Shown here: in pieces, positions 10,993-25,325 of the stretch
Numbering within the stretch: position 1 is the stretch's first letter
Layout of the letters: each line of letters opens with the position of its first letter
Assembly: GCA_050613775.1 (NCBI GenBank)
Contig: JBODTK010000001.1
Coordinates: forward strand, 1,054,001-1,118,000
Direction: 5' to 3'
Source of the DNA: Neocallimastix sp. 'constans'
Lineage: Eukaryota
DNA length: 64,000 nucleotides
Notes under the pieces: generated by a model
Databases searched by the model: none
What the model saw: the letters and a program-made list of their open reading frames with translations, nothing else
Told to the model about the DNA's origin: nothing
Translations under genes and position numbers: made by a program

Positions 10993-13244
10993 ATATAACA
11001 TTATAAAATTTATTATAAAAAAAAAAAAAGAAGATCATTAATATTAGTTATATTCAATGATATTATTTATTATATATTTACAAGTTCATAGAGTATTCGA
11101 TTCATTTATTTTATTTTATTTTATAAAAAAAAAAGTGATATCTAAACTATTAAAAAGATCACTATCATCAGGAATACATATATTTAACAAATAATAAAGG
11201 TCAAATATTAATTTAATAAATGAAAATTGCCATAAAAATTAGTGGGTAGCAACTAATAAATAATCTTAGAGATATCTATTATTTAATTGTTATTATTATA
11301 ATTATTATTATTCATTTTTTATCTTATTTTATTTATTGATTATTATTATTATTATTATTATTATTTTTTTTTACTATAATTGTAATAATAAAAAAAATAA
11401 AATAAAAAGAATTAAAAGAATATAGTTTATTGTATGAATAAAAATTTATATTAAAAAGGTATCGTTTTAATATTAAAGTTTTAAAAATTACTTTATTAAG
11501 AAATAGACTTCATTACTCTAATATTTAACTATTTTTATAATAAATTTATATAAATACTTTTTTTTTTTTTCCTTTCTAAAAACCATTTTATTTTATTTAT
11601 AATTTTTTATTTATTCTATTTCATTTTATTTTTTTTTTTAAAAAAATTTTATTTTTTTTTTTAAATTTTTTTTTAATTCATAAAATAACTAAACCTAAAA
11701 TAATATAATATTGTTTATATCAACTTAATTATAATTATAATTTTAATTAATATTTTATAAATATATCAAAATAATTATTATCATTCTATAATTTCATGTA
11801 TCTATCTATATAAAATATTAAAAATTATTAAATATTAAAAATTATTAAATATTAAAATTATTAAATATAAAAAAAAATTAATAATTAATTATATATCTAA
11901 TTTATTAATATATTAAATTTTTTTAATTAAATTTTTTTTTTTTTATACAGTGATTAAAATTTATTATTATTTAAATATTTAAATATATATATATTTTTTT
12001 TACTTTAATTTTTTTTTAAACAGACAATTATATATATTTTCTTATTTTATAATATATTTTTTTTAAATATATTTTTAATTTTCAGAAAAAAAAAATAAAA
12101 TATTTGTTTTTTTTATAATATTTAAAAAAGTAAAACAAAGAACATATTAAAACTATTTCATAAAAAAAAAAAAGCAGAGAGGTAAAATAAATAAAATATA
12201 GTTTATTTTAAGCTATAATAAAACAATTTATACAAAAAAAATTAATAATATCATAATTTAGGAAGATATTTTCATAAGTAATATATGTTAAAATATAATA
12301 ATTTTTTTTTTTTTAAAAAAGAACTGTTAATATTAATATTATAAAAGAATAAAATAAAGTAAAATAAAATAGAATAAAATAGAATAAAATAAAATAAAAA
12401 AAAATATATAATAAAAATAGGAAAAGAAAAACATAATTTATAATAAGATATAGTTAATTTTTTTTTTTATTAAATAAAAAATAACAATATCATTTATATA
12501 AATATAAGAAACACTCATTGATATAGATAAATAATAAGAAATATACAGTTTTTTACTTTTATAAAAAAAAAAAAAAAAGTATTAATAGGTTAATAATAAA
12601 ATAGTATATATATATATAAAGGATAGAATCCATTCAAAATTAGTAATAATATGAAATATCGTTTTATTTTTATTATATTAAAAAATTTTTCATAAATATA
12701 AATATAAGTTCGTATATATATTAGTACTTGTATATATATAGTAAAGGAAAAGCTTTTTGTAACTTTTTGTTTTTTTATTTAATAAAGAAATATTTAACAT
12801 ATTTATATATGAAAAAACAGAAAAAAAAAAAAAAAAAAAAAGAAAAAAAATGAAACACAAAATTTTTATCTTAATATATTTGTACTAACTATTATTATTT
12901 ATCTATTGTTTATAATATATATATTTTAATATATTTAATATATATTATTATTTATATTCATTTCTGTCAAAATAATAATAATAATAATGTGTACCTGTAA
13001 CAAAATATAATAACAATCACATACATATATATAATAAAAATAAATAATAAAATTACACACATATTAATAATAATACTAATAATATAAAAAAAAAATACAT
13101 TTGAAAACATATATAAGACTATTTTTCTTTAATAAATAATAAAAATAATAACAAAAAATATATATATATATACAAATAAAAACAAAACAACAAAAAAGTA
13201 ACAACAACAACAAAAAAAAAAAAGTATCATATTAAATAATTAAT

Positions 13245-14608
13245 ATGTCTGTTGAACTTGATCAAAATGAAGAAGTTTTCAACTCTTCTAAGAGTAAGAG
13301 AGCTGATAAACTTCGTGAATACTATTTCCCAACTAAGGAACCATCTCAACAAGAAACAGAAAAAACTCCAATAAGGAAGAAGAGACCTTCCATTGTTTCT
13401 TCTGTTGATCCAACCCAACTTCCTCAAGTTAATTATTCTACTTTAGGAATTGATATTGATCAATTAGATTCAACTATTTCTTTCAACGTTGAATCCTTTG
13501 TTAATGATACTTTAGGTGAATTTGGTTGGACTCCTTCTCATGAACTTCAATTAAGTCAGACACTTAATTTGGATGATTTTAAATTAGAAACGGCAGCCTA
13601 TTTAGATAATCAATGTCTTGAACTTATTCAAAAAGCTTACAAAAATACTAATTTATCCTGTCGTGGTGGAAAAGTTTATGATACGAAGGAATCTACGGAT
13701 CCGGCTTTATTAGAAAAAATACAAAATGATTTTGATTCTTTAAGAGTTATTACTGATGTAAGATCACCATTTTTATTTTATTTTAATTATTAATTTTTTT
13801 AAGTTCCTTTTTATTTTTTATTTTATTATTATTATTTTTTATTATTAATTTTAATAGTTCTTTTTTATTTTTTATTTTATATTATTTTATTTTATTTTTT
13901 TTTTTTTTTTGGTTTATTTAATTATATATACATATATAAATTATTTTTTTTTATTCTTTCCTTCTTCTTTCAATAATATAAATTAATTTTTAAAATTTAA
14001 TGAAAAAAATTCTTTTTTTTTTTTTTAATTACAATTTTAAATTAAATTATATAAATATATATTAATAATAATATTTATTATTTTATTTAATAATATACTA
14101 AATTTTTAATTTTTAATTTTTTTTTTTTTTTTTTTTAATTTATTAATATAACAATATGTATATATTTATTTATAAATATTATTATTTAAAAATATTATTA
14201 TTTATAAATATTATATCAATAATATAACCAATATAGTCTGTTGAAACAATCATTCCAAAAAGTCAAACCATGGATAATTTAAAGAATTTCTTTAAAAATA
14301 TTCATGAAGATGATAAAATTAATGAATTTAGTGAAGTTTGTGATATCGTAAGAGACTTAGATTTATCACAAGTACTTAAACAAGTTGAGGATAATTATGT
14401 TGATAATAATCCAGATAATGAAGCATTTGCTCTTATTGCCTTTTATAAGTTAAGACAAATGGAAATTGATGGAATAATTAAACAACATTTAGATGTCTTA
14501 AATGAAGCTATTGATTTATTTGAGAATAAAGGAAGTCCTAGAGACTTTGAAAAATTAAAAACAATTCAAAAATTTTCAAATTTCGTTAGCGAACATCTTT
14601 CATCATAA
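13245..14608 (+). CDS. 294-aa two-exon protein, possibly a divergent Vps51/Vps67-like tethering-complex subunit
   Basis: Exon 1 13245-13757 (donor GAT|gtaaga), exon 2 14237-14608 (acceptor atatag|TCT), phase 0 on both sides, joining ORFs 13245-13793 and 14270-14608. Motifs RADKLREYY, LDSTISFNVESFVNDTL and ELQLSQTLNLDDFKLETAAYLDN resemble the Vps51 N-terminus. The gene is well supported; the family assignment is about 0.45. Confidence 0.85.
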
Positions 14609-15161
14609 TTTTTTTTATTTAATTTTATTTTATTTTATTTTATTTTATTTTATTTTATTTTATTTTATTTTATTATTATAATTATTATTATTTATATTAT
14701 ATTTCTCTTTTATATAATAATTATATAATAATAAAATGTTATCAAATTTAAAGCCTTTATTTTTTATTTTTTTATTTTTTTTTTTTTTTTTCAATAACTT
14801 ATAATAATAAAAGAAATATAAATAGTATTGAAAATATTTATTTATTTATTATTTTTAATAATAAATTAAAATTTTAATTTAATTTTTTTTTTCTTTTTTT
14901 TTTTTTTTTCTTTTATTATTATTTATCGACAACCATATTTCACCATCATTATATTAATTAATCACCTTTTTTTTTTTTTTTTTTTCTTCTTCTTCCTTTG
15001 TGAATATAAATTAAATTAATAATACTCATCGATACTTTTTTTATTTTTTTTTAAAAAAAAAAAAAAAAAAGATAGGCATTTTGTGAAATTATATACAGAA
15101 AATTTTTTTTTATAAATTACTATTATATATATATTACATAATAAAACAAAACAAAACAAAA

Positions 15162-15202
<41 letters not shown>

Positions 15203-15250
15203 AAAAATAAAGAATAAAAAATAAAAATAAAATAAAATAAAATAAAATAA

Positions 15251-15281
<31 letters not shown>

Positions 15282-15549
15282 TAAAAAATAAAAAAAATAA
15301 AATAGCACCAAAAAAAAAAAAAAAAAAAATAAGCAAACAATATAATAAAATAAAAAAAAAAAAAAAAAAAAAACCTTTGAAATTAAACCCTATGTTAAAT
15401 GAAATAAAACGTCTCATTAACAGTTTACTTTTTTATTAATATTATTAATATTATTTTTATTATTATTATTATTTAATTTTTTTTTTAAAAAAAAAATTTA
15501 TAATTTAAATTAAATTTATGTATATAAATAAAATGAATGAACTATAAAT

Positions 15550-15608
<59 letters not shown>

Positions 15609-15689
15609 GTGAAATTATTAAGGTATAATTTTATTTTAAGAATTTATATACTTTGATTGAAGTCATTATATTGAATAAGTTAATAAATA

Positions 15690-16018
15690 TTAAGATAGGA
15701 CAGGGAAAATCAAATCAAATCAAGACTAAGGCTTATAAAAAAAAAAAAAAAAAAAAAGAATTTGAAAAAAAACTAGAAACTATTTAAAAGTTTCAACTTT
15801 TAAGTATATCCTTTGACTTTAAGTATTGGCTTCCAATGTTGTATACTTCATGCCAGATGTGGCTATAACATTCGATGCTCGTGCTTGCCAAAGCTTGTTG
15901 CCAATAGAATTGAAGACGGCTGTTCCAGAACGGTGTTCTTGTTGTTATAGTAAAAAAAAAAAAAAAAAAACTTTCCAATAGAATTGAAGACGACTGTTTC
16001 AGAACGGTGTCCTTGTTT

Positions 16019-16057
<39 letters not shown>

Positions 16058-16464
16058 TCCTCCATTGAAACATTGATTTTCTAAATACTATCTATTTCCG
16101 TGAATTTCTAAATTTCGAATGGAAATATTTTAAAGAATATTGAAATTCTTTATATATAATATAAAAAAAAAAAAAAAAAATATTGTTCCAATATCAAATA
16201 ATAATGTGAACACTATTATCACAAATATAAATAAATCATGTAGAATCAAGTACAGATTTTGATAGTAGGAACCAAGTTTATAAGTTTATAATATTAATAA
16301 TGATAATAATAATAATAACCGTAGAAATAATATTGTTAATAATAGTAGAATTAGTGATAGTGTAAAAAAAAAAAAGGAATATTAATATTAGTGATAGTTG
16401 AAAAACGATCGTTATTATGACTAATAATGTAGTGAAAATAGGTTCAATTGATGAAAATTGTGTT

Positions 16465-16497
<33 letters not shown>

Positions 16498-16609
16498 GAT
16501 AATAAAGTATGTAAATCAATATGTATGTGATGACATGGTACCTATGATAGTATAACTTTTCCTTCTTGGTGAAAGAGATGTAGGTATTATTGATTTAGAT
16601 TATAAAAAA

Positions 16610-16644
<35 letters not shown>

Positions 16645-16758
16645 AAAGAAAAAAAAAAAAAAAAAGGAAAAGGAAAAGATTCATCCGACTGTAATTACTA
16701 TCACTATTGTCGTGGGCATCTCTCTCTTATCACAATAACAGATTAAAAAAAAATTATA

Positions 16759-16792
<34 letters not shown>

Positions 16793-17252
16793 AAACGTCA
16801 TTCTTGGTTTTGTGATTCTACGATCTGCAATCTCTCGCTCTATCTCTCTTTTTTTTTTTTTTTTTTTTTTCTACAGAAAATTAGGCCTAGGATTAGTACT
16901 CGAACAGGGATGGCTTATATATATATATATATGTTTACTGTTGGAGTAGCTATAAGCTATTCTTGTTAGATAAATGTAAAAAAAAAAAAAAACTAATCAG
17001 GAACGTCAACATTGAAAATATATAGATTAAGACAGGTGAAGCAGGGGGGGTCAATGCCTGTCTTAACTAACTGTAGGATCTAAAAAAAAAAAAAAAAAAA
17101 AAGGAGAGGATCATAATTTCTTTCTTTCAGGATCCGATTGATCGTCAACTCAAAACCCATGCTAATCCGGAATTAAGTACTCCTTTTTTTTTTTTTTACC
17201 GGAAATCTTATAATCTGGGGGAGGTTCAGAGGTGAGGTTCATTGCATAGGAA

Positions 17253-17290
<38 letters not shown>
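15690..17290. mobile_element. Degenerate higher-GC island broken by long homopolymers; probable decayed element or pseudogene
   Basis: Blocks of complex sequence separated by A/T runs, an internal 49-bp direct repeat and two hairpins; no recognisable protein motif. Confidence 0.3.
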
Positions 17291-17291
<1 letters not shown>

Positions 17292-17437
17292 CGAATTTAT
17301 TTATACACTTTTATTTTAAATATTATTTCTTATTTCACAATATTATTATGTTCCAATTGGACAAATAATATTTATTTTTTTTTATTGTGTTTTTTTTTTT
17401 ATAAATATATATATATATATATATATATTTTCATGTA

Positions 17438-17635
<198 letters not shown>

Positions 17636-17763
17636 TCTTGCTAATTTAAATCTTTTTCATCTTATTCTTCTTGTTTATTTTAATTAATCAATTAATAGTA
17701 AATATTAAATAATTTCTTTAGTATTAAGTATTAATTATTTAATAGTATAAATGCCAAATGAAA

Positions 17764-17798
<35 letters not shown>

Positions 17799-17892
17799 AT
17801 ATATAAATAAATAAAAAAGATAACATATAAATAAAAAAGATAACATATATACAGATATTTAATAAATATATATTTTTATTTTTAATTATTAG

Positions 17893-17923
<31 letters not shown>

Positions 17924-17984
17924 GAATACATAATAGTATTTATTTTTTATTGATTATTAATTGTATATAGATATTTTATTAAAG

Positions 17985-18023
<39 letters not shown>

Positions 18024-18396
18024 AAAAAATAAAAATAAAAAAAAATAAAATAAAATAAAAAATGTATAAAATGAAAAATAATAATATATAGTTAATAATA
18101 TATATAGTAACTTTGTTTTTATGTTTATTTTTTTATTTTTTATTTTTATTATATATATATATATATATTTATTATATATAAATAATAGGTTAAAAGGATA
18201 ATATGAATTTTTTTTTTTCTAAAAAAAAAAAAAAAAAAAAAAAAAACTTGATAATTTCTTATAATTTCTTTTTGTAAAAAAAAAAAAAAAAAACATATTT
18301 ATATATATACTTTGTTAAAAAAAAAAATTAAAAATAGAAATAAAATTAATATAAAATAATATAAAAATAAAATAAAATAAAATAATATAAATATAA

Positions 18397-18427
<31 letters not shown>

Positions 18428-18529
18428 TAAAAATAAAAATAAAATAAAATAAAATGAATATAAGAAAAGAGAAAAAAAATTTTTTATTTCTAGTATTAAG
18501 AACTATACTAATTTTTATTTATTTATTTC

Positions 18530-18575
<46 letters not shown>

Positions 18576-18658
18576 TTTTTTTTTTATTTGTTTCCCCTTT
18601 TCTTTTCTTATTTATTTTTATTTTATTTTATTTTTATTTTTATTTTATTTTATTTTAT

Positions 18659-19470
18659 TTAAATGCTTTTAAGCCATTTTTTCTTTCTAACCAATTTATT
18701 CTTTTGTACAACTAATCCTTTACGTTCTGCCGTAGATTTTGTTTGTTGAATTTTACCTGATTGTTTTTTAATAGAATTTTTAATATATTTCATAAGAGTT
18801 TTACGAGAATTTCTTAGATAGGTTAATGGGGTATCATCAGTATCACCTCCACTTTTTTTATTATGATCATTTGTATTTGATGAGGAGGTAGTACTATCAA
18901 GTTTGTTAGGAGAAGTAGAAGAGGATGAAGCCGATGGAATCTTTATACCATTTATTGTGGTTGTATCGGTAGCGGATATGGAACTATTGGTTTTTAACTT
19001 TGATGAATTTAAAGTTAATTGACTATAAGTTTTAATAGATTTTTTTGAATGACTAGAAGGAATAATTAACTGCATTGGTTCTGATTTTGTATTGGAACCC
19101 TCTATATTTAAATTTAATAAATCATGATATATATATGATTTTTTTTTTTTTTTTTTTAGAAAAGGTATAAAAGGTATAAAATTAAAAGTAATAAAAACAA
19201 TAATAAATATAAATGATAATAAAAAAATAAAAAGATAAATTAGTTATAAATGATAATAAAAAGATAAATTAGTTATATTAATATAATAAAAAGATAAATT
19301 AGTTATATTAATATTTTTATATTATCTAGAGTAATTTATATTTATTTATAATAATAATTTATCTATAATTTATGTATAATTAATTTAATTTATTTTTATT
19401 TTTATTTTTTATTTTTTATTTTATTTTAATTTTAATTTATTTTATTTTATTTATTTTTTTTTCTTAAATT

Positions 19471-19510
<40 letters not shown>

Positions 19511-22500
19511 ACCTTCAGGTTTATTCATATATTTTTCTATGGAATTGATATTAGTAGTAGTAGTAGTATTAGTAGTGGAAGAGGTTAATTTATTATCAAC
19601 TTTACTATTATTAATATTATTATTACTCATTGCTAAAAAGGAATTAATTAAATTAGCCGTATTCCCGGTTAACACAGGAATTTCATGATGAATTCGATCA
19701 ATAGGATTAGATTTATCATTTTTAAATGGAATGACGCCATGTTTTGTAATGATACCTTGTTCCTTTTTTAAGGCAATTCCTACGGGCATATAGTTTCTAG
19801 AGACACTATGAATGTAAGAATCGAGGGAAGAAGAACTATTAATCTTTTTTATTAATTTTTCATTTAAATTTTTAGATGAGGAGGATTTCTTTATGATTTT
19901 AGAATTTTTATCCAGAATGCTTGAATGGCGTGAAGATTTTTGTAAAGAAGAGGTTGCTGAAGAAGAATTTGTTGTGGAACCTTTTTTATTAGTTTGATCT
20001 TGTCCGATAATACCTTTAATAGATTCCTTTTCATTACTACTTCCATCATTAACACTATTTTTATAACTATGATCATGACCATGACTATGGCTACGATTAT
20101 GATTATGATCATTACTATTACCATTACCATTACTATTATTAGAATTTGAATTAGCCACAGCAATTGCACTATGATGTTTTGAACTACTGGATTTACCATC
20201 TAGTTTCAAACGTTTATTTATCAATTCATTTTTATCATTTTCATGTTTTAGATTACGTTTTAGAATTTCCTTTCTAAGTGAATTAACATGAGAAGGTTTT
20301 GATTTTGATCTGAGCTTCTTATTCTTCAATTTTAAATTTTTCTTTGCAGGGTCGCTTGTTTCCGATTTTTCTTTATATCTTCTAATGATGACACTTTCCT
20401 TTTGGGAATGATTAAAAGAAGCTATAGAACTCTGACTACTATTGGCACTGAGACCCTCCTCATTGACCGTATGACTACTTTCACTACTACTACTGCTACT
20501 GGAAAGTGTAGAAGAAAAGTAAAGAGGAGTGTCAATGATTTTAGGAATAGTAAACGTTTTAGAATTTGAAAAACGATGAGATCGGACATGATCTGGAGGG
20601 GAAGGCGTTTGTTCTCTTTCCTTTATGTAATCAGAAGAAAGACTGTGATGAATAGTTATCTTTATATTATTTTTTAAGGATTTATCTTCTTTAATGGTGG
20701 ATAAAGAAGATGAGTATTGTGAATGATTTTCTTTTTTATGATTTTCTTTATTTTTATCATCGACATCAACATTAACATCAATTGATTTTTGATTGACACT
20801 ATTTTCTTGTACATTCTTATTTTCACTTTCTTTATTGATATGAATAGTTTTCTCTGATACATTTTTATTTTCATTATTTTGTATAGGATTTAAATTATTA
20901 GGTTGACTAGTTATTCTAACCTCATCCATATTATTCTTTTTTGAATTTTCTTTTTGAGAAAGTACTTCAAATGGATTTAAATGAGGATTAGGTGAAAATG
21001 CTGGAATATTAGTAGTATTAGTATTTTCATTATGGCTAAAGTTATCGTTTAAATGAAGAGAATTGATTTTTGATGATATAACAGAATTTATCATTTCTTC
21101 ATGAGTAATATTAGAAAATGTATTATTATTATTATTATTTTCATTATCATTGTTATTATTATTAATAAAAGTATTAGTATCTTTGTTGATATTATTTTCA
21201 TCATTTTCGTTATTACTATTATTATTACTATTATTGCTATTATTATTGCTATTATTATTATTATTATCATTATTTTGAATTAAATTTTGATAGCCATTTT
21301 GAAGATTAGAAAAATAGTTCATTAAATCATTAGAAAAATCAATCATTTCTTCAGAATTTGTTATATCTTTAGTATTATCAATGTCGGTGCTATTATTCAT
21401 ACTATTAGAATTAACCTTAACTTCTTCATGATTTAAAGAATTATTATTATCATTGTCATTGTTGTAATTGTAAGTTTCTGGAATCATCAACTGTGATAAT
21501 TCTGTTATAGTATTTTCATTTTGATGTTCTGGAAGTGATGGCATTGGTGGATTTGTTGTATTTTGTTGTGAATTTATTTGGGTACTTGAATTTGGACTGA
21601 GAATACTATTTAAAATTTTGAAGAAATTCTCATCAGAAATCATTTCATCTAATTCTGGATAATCATTACTAAGAATTTGATCAATTTCTTCTGCATTATA
21701 CATACTATTCAAATTATTTCCATTTTCTTCTAAAAATTGATTTATTTTTTCTTTGAAACTACTACTACTACTACTATTACTATTACTATTACTAATGACA
21801 CTGACGTCACTGTCATAATTTTGACTAATTTGACTTTGTTGACTAATAGTATTATTAATTTCATTCAAATTTTCATTTGAATCATATTGTTCAATTCTAT
21901 GATTTGTTTCTAATTCTATTAGATTATCTTTATTCAAATCGGTTTCACTGAATGATTTTATATCATTATTATTAATATTATTATTATGACTATGACTATC
22001 ATTAATTTCACTATTTTCATTAATTTTATTTTCTTTTATATTGTGACTGTTACTGCTACTATGACTATTACTATAACTATTATTTGAGCTATTATCATCT
22101 GAAGTACTTATATCACTTTCATTTTCGGATAAACTAAGCTCAATGTCACGAATAAGTTCTTCTTCTTCTTCTTCTTTTAAATGCTTATTACTAGAATTTG
22201 ATGAAGAAGAAGAATTAGAATAAAGGATAGATGGGGAAGATGAATGGGATAGGCTATTGCTATTTTCATTAATAATATAAGTATCTTCTTTATTTTTTTG
22301 TGAGGAATGACTTAAATTAATGGGGGAGGAAGAGGAAGAGGATAAGAGTTGAGAATTTAGAGAAGATGTGGTATTTTGTATTTGACCATTATCTATAGTA
22401 TTTTGGTTATTATTATAATAAGTTACCGTTGAATTTAAAATTACATGATTACTTTCATCATTACTTTTATAATCGATTGGAAGAGTCGAAACTATTTTTT

Positions 22501-22925
22501 GGGTATCATTTTCTTTTCTACTATTTATTTCTTTCTTTAATAATTTATTAGTATCAATAATCTCTTGATTTTCATCAAGTTTTACAGATTTTATCGATAC
22601 AAGTGAATTTATTTCAAAATTTTTTTGTATATTATTTTTATTAAAATTGAAATTTTGGACTTGATTTTTGGTACTCTTTACATAATTGTAATTTCTATTT
22701 CTAATAATTTTAGACTTTTTATGATGTTCGTCTATTGTCCTTTTTATCTTTGGAGATAATGATATATTATTATTTTTTGACATTAAATTAAGTTTTGGAT
22801 TTAATTCTTCTTTTATTATTTATTATTATTATTATTATTACATATATAATTAAAAAGTATTTTAAATGATTGTATTAAATGTAATTATTAAAATATATAA
22901 TGAATTATAATAAAAAAATAAAAAA

Positions 22926-22962
<37 letters not shown>

Positions 22963-23099
22963 AAATTAATAATTAAAAAACTAGTATATTATAATTTCAT
23001 TGATTTTTATTATTGATAGAATAATTAAATATATATATATATATATATTTTACCATTAGCCTTTTTTGAAGCTGTTGATAAGCTATACAAAGTACTCAT
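18659..23099 (-). CDS. 1261-aa hypothetical Asn/Ser-rich low-complexity protein with a basic C-terminus
   Basis: Exon 1 23099-23054 (MSTLYSLSTASKKAN, G|gtaaaa), exon 2 22809-19513 (aaag|...G|gtaatt), exon 3 19101-18659 (tatag|); both introns are phase 1 on each side; ends KKKWLKSI*. Lys/Arg clusters suggest a nuclear location. An alternative acceptor 3 nt downstream is possible for exon 2. Confidence 0.85.
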
Positions 23100-23351
23100 T
23101 TTCCTTTTTAATTTTAAAATGTTATATATATATATATATAAAACTTTATATCCATTAATTTTTGTAAATTTTGGAAATATTTTATTTTTTTTATTTCTTT
23201 TTTCTTTTTTCTTTTTCTTTTTTTTTTTTTTATACAAATAATAAGAATATTGCATAAATTTTAGATATAAATTTCTAAACTTACCAAATTTATATATTAT
23301 TGAATTTTATATTAATAGAATTAATAATTAACTTTATTTTACAATATGAAT

Positions 23352-23384
<33 letters not shown>

Positions 23385-25077
23385 AAAAAAAAAAAGAAAA
23401 AAAAGAAAAAAAAATCAAAGGCAAAATGAAATTATAAAATCAAATAAATTTTATTTTTATTTTACTATTTAAATGATTTTATATTAGTAAAAAATGTGGA
23501 GATTCTATTTAATAAATTATTTTAAATGAAATTTTGTTAATAAATTTGGAATTTGAATAATATTATAATTTTTAATAATAATATATAACATAAATAAAAA
23601 TTATTCAATATTTCATTATTATTTTTTATTATGCATAATTATATTTATTTCTATTAAGTTAGTTTCGATATTAAATAAGATATTTATTTTTTTATAATAT
23701 ATATAATTATTTCTTTATTATTAATATTATTATTTATATTTATTATAATAATACTATTCTTTTCAATATATATATATACATTATATATATACCATTTAAA
23801 TTTTTATACTCATTTACTATATATTTATATTTTATTAAGCAATTTTATTAATTATAATAAAATAGAAATATTTACTTTTTTTTTTTTTTCTTTATGCTAA
23901 ATAGCAACAAAATTTTAACTTGTCTTGAAAAAATTATTTAAATAATAAATGCAGAGTTTTTAAAATATTTATATATATAAAAAGAAAAAAATAATAAATT
24001 ATAAAAAATAATAACAGTAATAATAAAAAGTGAAATATAATAATAATAATAATAATAATAAATAATTATAAATAAAATAAAATATATCTTAAAAACAAAG
24101 CAATTAAAAATAATTATTTTATTATAGTATAAAATTTTAATGCGCTTAAAATAATTTTTCCATTAATTTGAAGTTTAAATTACAAAATATTATGATAATA
24201 TTTTTTTTTTTTTTTTGCATATAATATTAATTAATAATATTAATAATATTAATAATTGATATTAATATTCTATTATAAATCAAAAGGATAAAATCTATGA
24301 ATATATATACCTTTTAATGGAATATATATTATCTGATATGTAATAAGTTGATAGTTTTATTATAAATTTATGTAATAAAACTATATATTTTTTATTTTTA
24401 ATTTTATTTTTATTAGTGAATAAGAATACTATTATATTGAGTATTTTATGTCACTAAATTTCTTTTTTATTTAATTATTTTTAAATATATAATATTAATT
24501 ATACATTAATACAAGAATATTATGGTAATTGAATATTATGATTGTAGTATAATTCTAACCAATAAACTACTATTTAGTCTATCTCTCCTATATATATATA
24601 AAATATTTTATAAATGCTATATTCGATTTATTATATATTTTATACTTTTTTTTTTTGTTACTTTATGTATGAATGAATATTAATATATATACTATAAATA
24701 ATTCTTAATACTATATATTTTTATAATAAAAATAAAATAAAATAAAATTTAATTATAATAATTATAGTATATTGAAAATAAAAAAGAAAAGAAAAATAGA
24801 TTTAATATAATAAATTCTTTGATATTGAATATATTATATTAATCTGATATATTTTATTTTATTTTATTTTATTTATATAAAGACTTTAATACTATTTATT
24901 CTTATTCCATTATAATAGATTTATTTTTATTAATCTTTTTTCTTTTTTTTTATTATTATTATTTATTTTATATAGACATCCAAAAAAAAAAGATTGATTG
25001 ATTTACTAAATTATAAAAAAAATAAAACAAAAGGAGTATTTTAACGATAAAAAAAATAAATCCATAAATAAACAAAA

Positions 25078-25111
<34 letters not shown>

Positions 25112-25285
25112 GAATATTAAATGTTTATAATAAAAATAAAAATAAAAATAAAAATAAAAATAAAATAAAATAAAATATATCTCTTAAATAGTTTTTATAT
25201 TTAATAAATATTACTAATATATTATTATTAAATATAAAGTTCTATTTAATATAATAAAAAAAGTTCTTTTTTTTATTATTTGTGG

Positions 25286-25325
<40 letters not shown>

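Noticed and set aside
15016..15417. Phe-rich ORFs (also 18454-18672, 38110-38508, 52310-52492, 56375-57120, 63356-63550)
   Set aside because: Products of poly-T/poly-A and TTTTA tracts with no domain signal.
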